DNA of 54,411 bases, taken from contig JBCCWZ010000001.1 in assembly GCA_039192615.1 (NCBI GenBank), positions 1-54,411 on the forward strand. Reading direction: 5' to 3'. Shown here one piece after another: positions 48,496-54,411 of this stretch. Under the pieces are notes generated by a model. The model ran no database searches. It saw only the letters and a list, made by a program, of their open reading frames with translations, and was not told the origin of the DNA. The translations under genes and the position numbers were made by a program. The stretch is from Bacteroidota bacterium. Its GTDB lineage: Bacteria; Bacteroidota; Bacteroidia; Cytophagales; Amoebophilaceae. Position 1 is the first letter of the stretch; each line of letters begins with the position of its first letter.

Positions 48496-50625
48496 ATGAG
48501 CAAGGAACTAAAATTTTTAAGGAACATCGGCATCATGGCCCACATCGATGCTGGTAAGACGACCACTACCGAACGTATCCTTTACTATACGGGGCTGACG
48601 CACAAAATTGGCGAGGTACATGACGGGGGTGCCGTGATGGACTGGATGGAGCAGGAGCAAGAAAGAGGGATCACGATCACCTCTGCCGCTACAACCACGT
48701 TCTGGAAATACCCTACCTCACAAGGCAAAGCCACCGAAGATACCCAGGAGTACAAGGTCAATATCATCGACACGCCTGGCCACGTTGACTTTACGGTAGA
48801 AGTAGAGCGTTCTTTGCGCGTGCTCGATGGCGCCGTAGCCCTTTTCTGCGCTGTATCTGGTGTGGAACCCCAATCAGAAACCGTATGGCGCCAAGCTGAC
48901 AAGTACCGGGTGCCTCGTATCTGCTTTATCAATAAAATGGATAGGGCCGGGGCCGACTTCTTCAAGGCCGTGGCAGAAATCAAAGACAAACTAGGTGCTA
49001 ACCCAGTGCCACTGCAGATTCCTATTGGCAGTGAAGACAGCTTCAAAGGCGTTGTAGATCTAATTACTAACCAAGCCATCATTTGGAACGAGGAGGATTT
49101 GGGCATGACTTATGAAGTAGTGCCTATTCCAGAAGACCTCCAAGCTACAGCCGAAGAATGGCGCCAAAAGTTGGTAGAAAGTGTTGCCTCCTACGATGAT
49201 GCTTTGTTAGAAAAATTCTTTGAAGACCCTAACAGTATCACCAAAGAGGAAATGATTGCCGCTATCCGCAAAGCTGTGATCGACTTATCCTTCTCGCCCG
49301 TGCTGTGTGGCTCAGCCTTCAAAAACAAAGGCGTTCAAGCACTCCTAGACGCCGTGTGCTCTTATCTGCCCTCTCCTGTCGACCTGCCGGCTATAAAAGG
49401 TACCAACCCTACCACTGAGCAAGAAGAAACGAGAAAGCCAGCCGTTCAAGAACCTTTTGCTGCGCTTGCCTTCAAGATTACTACCGACCCATTTGTGGGA
49501 AGACTGGCCTTTATGCGGGTGTACTCTGGCAGCCTCGATGCGGGTTCTTATGTGTATAACAACCGAACAGGCAAAAAAGAGCGTATTTCTCGCTTGATGC
49601 AGATGCACTCTAACAAGCAAAACCCGATCGACAAAGTCGAAGCAGGGGATATATGTGCTTGTGTAGGATTTAAGGACATCAAAACTGGTGATACCCTCAC
49701 TGATGAGAAAAACAGAATTGTCCTCGAGTCGATTTCTTTCCCAGAGCCTGTGATTGGTTACTCCATTGAGCCCAAGAAGCAAGCCGATGTAGACAAGCTC
49801 TCCATGGCTATTTCCAAGCTGGTAGAAGAAGACCCTACACTCAGGGTAGAAACCAACGAAGAGACTGGCCAGACCATTCTGAAAGGTATGGGCGAGTTAC
49901 ACCTAGAGATTATCATCGACCGTCTAAAGCGAGAATTCAAGCTGGAGATCAACCAAGGGGCACCTCAGGTGGCCTACAAAGAAGCCATTACTACAGGCAT
50001 CGAACACAAAGAGGTTTACAAAAAGCAAAGTGGTGGTAGAGGTAAGTTTGCAGACATTGTCTTTGAACTAAGCCCCAGAGAAGATGATAAGCAAGGACTA
50101 GAGTTTGTGAATGCTATTGTAGGGGGAGCCATCCCTAAAGAATTCATCCCTGCTGTCCAAAAAGGATTTGAGTCTGCGATGGTCAACGGCCCGTTAGCAG
50201 GCTACCCCGTAGAAGCCATGAAAGTCAGGTTATTCCACGGATCCTTCCACGATGTAGACTCAGACTCCCTTTCCTTCGAACTGGCAGCTAGACTAGGCTT
50301 CAAAGAAGCCGCCAAAAAAGCGAGTCCCGTACTGATGGAGCCTATCATGGCCGTAGAAGTGACCACGCCAGATGAATATACAGGGTCTGTAACTGGTGAC
50401 CTGAATAAGAGAAGAGGGATCATGAAAGGCATGGAGGCCAAAGGAGGCGTGCAAGCAGTCAAAGCAGATGTACCACTCGCAGAGCTCTTTGGGTATGTCA
50501 CAGATCTACGTACCATTACCTCAGGCCGAGCTGCTGCTACGCTCACCTTCTCTCACTACGAGAAAGTACCTAAAAACCTCAGCGAAGAGATTATCGAAAA
50601 AGTCAAAGGAGCCGCCGCAAAATAA
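48496..50625 (+). CDS. fusA: elongation factor G
   Basis: 709 aa: [24 protein letters not shown], and typical domains II-V. Confidence 0.95.
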   Translation: MSKELKFLRNIGIMAHIDAGKTTTTERILYYTGLTHKIGEVHDGGAVMDWMEQEQERGITITSAATTTFWKYPTSQGKATEDTQEYKVNIIDTPGHVDFTVEVERSLRVLDGAVALFCAVSGVEPQSETVWRQADKYRVPRICFINKMDRAGADFFKAVAEIKDKLGANPVPLQIPIGSEDSFKGVVDLITNQAIIWNEEDLGMTYEVVPIPEDLQATAEEWRQKLVESVASYDDALLEKFFEDPNSITKEEMIAAIRKAVIDLSFSPVLCGSAFKNKGVQALLDAVCSYLPSPVDLPAIKGTNPTTEQEETRKPAVQEPFAALAFKITTDPFVGRLAFMRVYSGSLDAGSYVYNNRTGKKERISRLMQMHSNKQNPIDKVEAGDICACVGFKDIKTGDTLTDEKNRIVLESISFPEPVIGYSIEPKKQADVDKLSMAISKLVEEDPTLRVETNEETGQTILKGMGELHLEIIIDRLKREFKLEINQGAPQVAYKEAITTGIEHKEVYKKQSGGRGKFADIVFELSPREDDKQGLEFVNAIVGGAIPKEFIPAVQKGFESAMVNGPLAGYPVEAMKVRLFHGSFHDVDSDSLSFELAARLGFKEAAKKASPVLMEPIMAVEVTTPDEYTGSVTGDLNKRRGIMKGMEAKGGVQAVKADVPLAELFGYVTDLRTITSGRAAATLTFSHYEKVPKNLSEEIIEKVKGAAAK

Positions 50626-50632
50626 CCGACCC

Positions 50633-50938
50633 ATGAATCAAAAAATCCGTATCAAGCTCAAATCGTACGATCACAACCTGATCGACAAGTCGTCAGAAAA
50701 AATTGTAACGGCTGTCAAAGCCACTGGCGCCATTGTCAGCGGCCCAGTACCCCTCCCCAGCCAAAAAGAAATCTACACTGTACTGAGATCTCCTCATGTG
50801 AGCAAAAAGTCCAGAGAGCAGTTTCAGTACGCTACCTACAAAAGGCTCATTGACATCTACGCCAACAACTCCAAAGCCGTTGATGCATTGATGAAACTCG
50901 AGCTACCGAGTGGTGTAGAGGTAGAGATCAAGGCATAG
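50633..50938 (+). CDS. rpsJ: 30S ribosomal protein S10
   Basis: [42 protein letters not shown] prefer the ATG at 50633; the track ORF starts far upstream inside fusA. Confidence 0.95.
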   Translation: MNQKIRIKLKSYDHNLIDKSSEKIVTAVKATGAIVSGPVPLPSQKEIYTVLRSPHVSKKSREQFQYATYKRLIDIYANNSKAVDALMKLELPSGVEVEIKA

Positions 50939-51037
50939 GTTGCTACTTTCTCTTGAAGAGGCCCGACAAATACTGTAGCCACACCCAATTTTCTATTGCT
51001 AACAGCCAAGCACCCAGTACTGCATAGCGTCTCTCAC

Positions 51038-51753
51038 TTAGACACTGTTTTTCTTTTGGGCGCTTGTCATCTCTCTTTTTCCAGGCGGCCCAGGAATCGT
51101 TTCTACGTCCATACCTAGCGCCCGGAGCTGGTGTTTAAGCCTCCCTTGCGCACAATAAGTAACCATTATCCCACCATTTTTCATCATCTGCCATACCTTG
51201 TGCAGTAACGTAAACTCCCACATAGCCGGCTGCTTGCTCGGGGCAAAGGCGTCAAAATAGACGAGGTCAAACACCTGGGGCGGAGTATTAAAAGCCTTAA
51301 GCGGCTGCTCATACTTCTGCAGTAAAAAGCGATCTGATAGGGGGCAGACAGCAGTGGCTCCTCCTTGGTGTATCTTCTCAAACGTTGTCTGCAGCTCCTG
51401 CTGGCTAACCACATGATATCCCCCTTAGGCTAGCTGTGTTATATAATTAAGCCTTTTTATATACTCCTTCGGAACTGGATAGGGCTCTAAGCCAGTGTAG
51501 ACAATATGTAAGGGGTTGTTTAGCAGTGCTAGGTAAGTCAGTAGCACATTCAGGCCAGTGCCTAGCCCTACCTCGAGAAGTTTGAGGTACCGGACGGCGA
51601 TGGCTCTCTGAGCAAGTGTATGAGTCCTTGTTGGATAAATGCATGCTGGGATTCCTGAATAGCGCCATGGGTAGAATGATAGGTTTCGTTCAGGGCAGGT
51701 ATCCGTAAAGTATGCGTACCGTCCTGAGTAGTAATTAACTGAAGCTGGTGCAT
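51038..51753 (-). pseudogene. MnmC/MnmD-like tRNA (mnm5s2U34) SAM-dependent methyltransferase, disrupted by a frameshift and an in-frame TAA
   Basis: Hand translation gives three segments. (1) ATG 51753 MHQLQLITTQDGTHTLRIPALNETYHSTHGAIQESQHAFIQQGL.. runs into TAG at 51568-51570. (2) The SAM motif LKLLEVGLGTGLNVLLT (51536-51586) is in a different frame. (3) That frame hits TAA at 51425-51427 and then continues in frame as ..VFDLVYFDAFAPSKQPAMW..GGIMVTYCAQG..PGPPGKREM (track ORF 51038-51412). Confidence 0.7.
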
Positions 51754-51764
51754 CGGTGATAGAC

Positions 51765-53018
51765 TTAGCTGCCCTTCGTTGCTGCTTGACGCTGGTAGTA
51801 AATCGTAGAGCAATTGTCAGCTTTGAAGATACGCTGGGCTACCTGCTGTATCCCTTCGGGCGTAACCCTGTGTAGGCTTGCCAACTCCTGATTCACCAAG
51901 TCAGTATCACCCAACACCGTGGCCATAGCTAGTTCCTGGGCTCGATGCAGCAAATCTACCGCTTCAAATACCTGGTACGCTTCCCGCTGGTTCTTGGCCT
52001 TCTCCACCTCTTGGGCTGCTACAGGTTGGTGTTGTAGAGGCTCCATAATCGTCTGTAGGGCCGCTTCAGCAGCCTCAAAAGAAACATCATTGTTGAGGCT
52101 CCCACTAATGATGCACAAACCTGGATCAATGGTCTCGGTCGTGTAGGCACTTATGGTATCAAAATACTGCTGGGTATCGACCAGCTTCTCGTACAACCTA
52201 GACGACTTGCTTCCACCTAAGATATCAGTCATTAACTCAACCGTATGGTAATCTGGCGCCAAACGACCGGGTATATGATAGGCTTTGTACAGGGCATTCA
52301 GGGGTACATCCGCGGTGATAGTCAGGCTTCTAGGGGCGTTTTGGGGAGGCTCTTGAGGCAGGTTTCTGGGGGGCACTTCGCCAGGTGGAATAGGCTCAAA
52401 CCATTTTTTGCTGAGTTGCTTGACTTCTTCTAGCTTCACACCCCCTGCTACGACGAGTACGGCATTATTGGGTACATAAAATTGATGAAAAAAGGCTTTC
52501 ACCATGTCCATCGTAGCGCACTCGATGTGCCCTATCTCTTGGCCAATCGTTGGCCAGCGGTAAGGATGCTGGGTATAAGCTAAGTCACACAACTTGAGCC
52601 ATACATCTCCATAAGGTTGGTTCAGATAGCTTTCTTTAAACTCCTCAATGACCACTTTTTGCTGCACAGCCAAGACCTGTGGATCAAAAGATAACCCTAA
52701 CATACGGTCTGATTCGAGCCAGAAAGCCGTTTCTAGATTGGAAGCAGGTAGTGTACAGTAATAGTTCGTCACATCTGGGGTCGTGTAGGCATTGTTGTCA
52801 CCCCCTACTTGCTGTAGCGCCTGGTCGTAGGCCGGGATGTGCTTTGATCCGCCAAACATCAGATGCTCAAACAAATGCGCAAAGCCCGTTTTGTTAGGTG
52901 CCTCATCCCGCGACCCCACGTCATACATGATGTCCACCACGGCAATGGCACTGCTAGGGTCTTCGTGGACAATAACCCGCAGACCATTATCGAGGGTAAA
53001 GCTTTTAAAGGCAATCAT
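51765..53018 (-). CDS. M16 (pitrilysin/insulinase) family zinc peptidase
   Basis: 417 aa with the inverted zinc motif HLFEHLMFGG (HxxEH) near the N-terminus. Confidence 0.85.
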   Translation of the reverse strand: MIAFKSFTLDNGLRVIVHEDPSSAIAVVDIMYDVGSRDEAPNKTGFAHLFEHLMFGGSKHIPAYDQALQQVGGDNNAYTTPDVTNYYCTLPASNLETAFWLESDRMLGLSFDPQVLAVQQKVVIEEFKESYLNQPYGDVWLKLCDLAYTQHPYRWPTIGQEIGHIECATMDMVKAFFHQFYVPNNAVLVVAGGVKLEEVKQLSKKWFEPIPPGEVPPRNLPQEPPQNAPRSLTITADVPLNALYKAYHIPGRLAPDYHTVELMTDILGGSKSSRLYEKLVDTQQYFDTISAYTTETIDPGLCIISGSLNNDVSFEAAEAALQTIMEPLQHQPVAAQEVEKAKNQREAYQVFEAVDLLHRAQELAMATVLGDTDLVNQELASLHRVTPEGIQQVAQRIFKADNCSTIYYQRQAATKGS

Positions 53019-53152
53019 ACTGCTAAGTTACACCGTATGAGTCATTATGTAGTCATGTTATCGCCTATATTAGATGGCCGCTAGGCATTTACTAGCTTGA
53101 CTTTTGTCAATAACTACCACAGCTAGCCAAGCGTATATACCCACCTCATACC

Positions 53153-53179
53153 AAGGCTGCCTATTTAGGCAGCCTTTTT
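53153..53179 (+). terminator. terminator-like hairpin in the lipA upstream region
   Basis: A perfect 9-bp stem aaggctgcc / ggcagcctt (53153-53161 / 53168-53176) with a 6-nt loop, followed by TTT. There is no T-run on the minus strand. Confidence 0.45.
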
Positions 53180-53249
53180 AGTGCCGTGGCGGCAGCTTGG
53201 TGCTCCCGTGAATTGCTGGTATTTTAGCTGCTCCCAAACAGTGGTTACC

Positions 53250-54152
53250 ATGAGCCATCAATCTGCTACTACATCTAGCCCCAATAAGCCTACTACTACG
53301 CTAAAGGAAAGGACCAAAAAACCAGACTGGCTGCGTGTGAAGCTGCCCGTGGGTAGAGAGTATACGAAGGTGCGTAACATCGTAGACCAGTATAAGCTCC
53401 ACACTATCTGTACCAGTGGCAATTGCCCGAATATGGGCGAGTGTTGGGGAGCAGGCACGGCCACATTTATGATTTTGGGCAATGTCTGTACCCGGGGCTG
53501 TGGTTTTTGTGCTGTAGCTACGGGCCGGCCCCCAGAGTATGACACTGAAGAGCCCCAGCGGGTAGCCCAGGCGATCCAGCTGATGGGCGTTAAGCATGCC
53601 GTCATTACTTCGGTCAATCGGGATGAGCTCAAAGATCGCGGCGCAGAAATCTGGTTCCAGACCGTCCAGGAAGTCAAAAAACTTTGCCCTGACACTACCA
53701 TCGAAACGCTTATCCCCGATGTCAAAGGCACTTGGGAAGCGCTATACAGAATGATTGAGGCGGGCCAAGAAGTGGTGTCGCATAACATGGAAACTGTGGA
53801 GCGCCTTTACCGCAAGGTGCGGCCCCAAGCCAAGTATGCGCGGAGCTTAGAGCAAATCAAGCTGACGAAGGCGTATGGCAAAAGAACCAAATCAGGCATT
53901 ATGCTCGGGCTGGGAGAAACCGATGAGGAGGTTTACCAAACCATGGACGATTTAGTGGCGCATGGCCTGGATATTCTGACGATAGGGCAATACCTGCAGC
54001 CTACGCCGTTGCACCTGGAGGTAGTGGAATATGTGCCTCCGGCTAAGTTTGCTCATTTTAAGGAGGAGGGGCTAAAAAGAGGGCTCAAGTATGTAGAGTC
54101 TGGGCCTTTAGTACGGTCTTCTTACCGGGCAGAACGACATGTAAATGTCTGA
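53250..54152 (+). CDS. lipA: lipoyl synthase
   Basis: N-terminal cluster [12 protein letters not shown] and radical [21 protein letters not shown] is typical. I prefer the ATG at 53250 (MSHQSATT..). Confidence 0.9.
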   Translation: MSHQSATTSSPNKPTTTLKERTKKPDWLRVKLPVGREYTKVRNIVDQYKLHTICTSGNCPNMGECWGAGTATFMILGNVCTRGCGFCAVATGRPPEYDTEEPQRVAQAIQLMGVKHAVITSVNRDELKDRGAEIWFQTVQEVKKLCPDTTIETLIPDVKGTWEALYRMIEAGQEVVSHNMETVERLYRKVRPQAKYARSLEQIKLTKAYGKRTKSGIMLGLGETDEEVYQTMDDLVAHGLDILTIGQYLQPTPLHLEVVEYVPPAKFAHFKEEGLKRGLKYVESGPLVRSSYRAERHVNV

Positions 54153-54214
54153 AGAGCAAGGGCTATCGCGATGAAGAGACTCTGCAATAGCTCAATGTTA
54201 TAATAGAAAAATAA

Positions 54215-54411
54215 CTCAATGGGTAAGCTCGATCTCTTCGCCTTGCTTATTGATGAATCTAAATTCAGTGACGCCCATAGAGGAGTCTTCTGCAAGTCTG
54301 ACCCATCTTTGGTAGCGGAATAACCATCGGAGTCGCTTAGAGGGGAAGCCTGTGGTAAAGTACGCGTATAGATAAGGGTGTAAGAAGAGCGTTATCCCTT
54401 TCTCATTTTGG
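54215..54411 (-). CDS. rng: ribonuclease E/G family protein, C-terminal end only (5' part lies beyond the window); the reading frame at the extreme 3' end is ambiguous
   Basis: Hand translation from 54410 gives QNEKGITLFLHPYLYAYFTTGFPSKRLRWLFRYQRWVRLAEDSSMGVTEFRFINKQG.., which resembles the Bacteroidota RNase G C-terminus (..HPF.AAYL.KGFPS.R.KW....KKW.KI..). As written the frame runs on to TAA at 54108-54110, inside lipA. A frame shifted by one nt gives ..KGEEIELTH and stops at 54215-54217. Confidence 0.5.

Noticed and set aside
51184-51668. Track ORFs 51184-51414 and 51447-51668 (minus strand).
   Set aside because: These are off-frame readings of the disrupted mnmC/mnmD-like gene. The conserved motifs lie in the other frames.

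Overview
This 54.4-kb window is mostly housekeeping genes, and I could not identify a coherent novel multi-gene system. There is no CRISPR array, transposase, phage gene, or recognisable defence or toxin-antitoxin module.

Positions ~2356-54411 read like a Bacteroidota (Cytophagia/Sphingobacteriia-like) chromosome. In order, the genes are:
- an rnhA fragment, ogt, ybaB, hisS, a NUDIX hydrolase and mraY
- the elongasome operon mreB-mreC-mreD-mrdA-rodA, then tpiA and rbfA
- an orphan nuoM-like gene, xerC/D-rpsU, pheT-(coiled-coil ORF)-zapA-rny, radC, rpsT and tRNA-Ser(UGA)
- an FtsX-type permease, lysC, fbp, a PLD-type nuclease, uvrA, a PolB-like exonuclease and nusA-infB
- a long minus-strand array: two tandem lipoprotein S1 proteases, htrA, engB, DUF5606, hemW, an ABC exporter and a CofE-like ligase
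- cysS, nth, rpsL-rpsG-fusA-rpsJ, a broken mnmC/mnmD-like gene, an M16 peptidase, lipA and the 3' end of rng

Positions 1-~2355 are different in composition and gene type. They are higher in GC and carry Proteobacteria-style genes: an AhpD-like CMD protein and a PA14+RTX calcium-binding protein. They join the rest at a point that truncates both the RTX gene and rnhA.

The observations most worth a second look are:
1. The hard chimeric junction at ~2353.
2. A ribosomal protein S12 with substitutions at the classical streptomycin-resistance and accuracy positions (K43R, and RGGRVKDLPGVRYH changed to [14 protein letters not shown]).
3. Two low-GC tandem paralogous lipoprotein serine proteases next to htrA. 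One has a single in-frame TAA between its signal peptide and catalytic body, plus a 12-bp tandem duplication.
4. An mnmC/mnmD-like methyltransferase gene carrying a frameshift and an in-frame TAA.
5. The ribosomal-protein cluster stopping right after rpsJ.

All protein calls rest on motif recognition by eye. No database search was possible.
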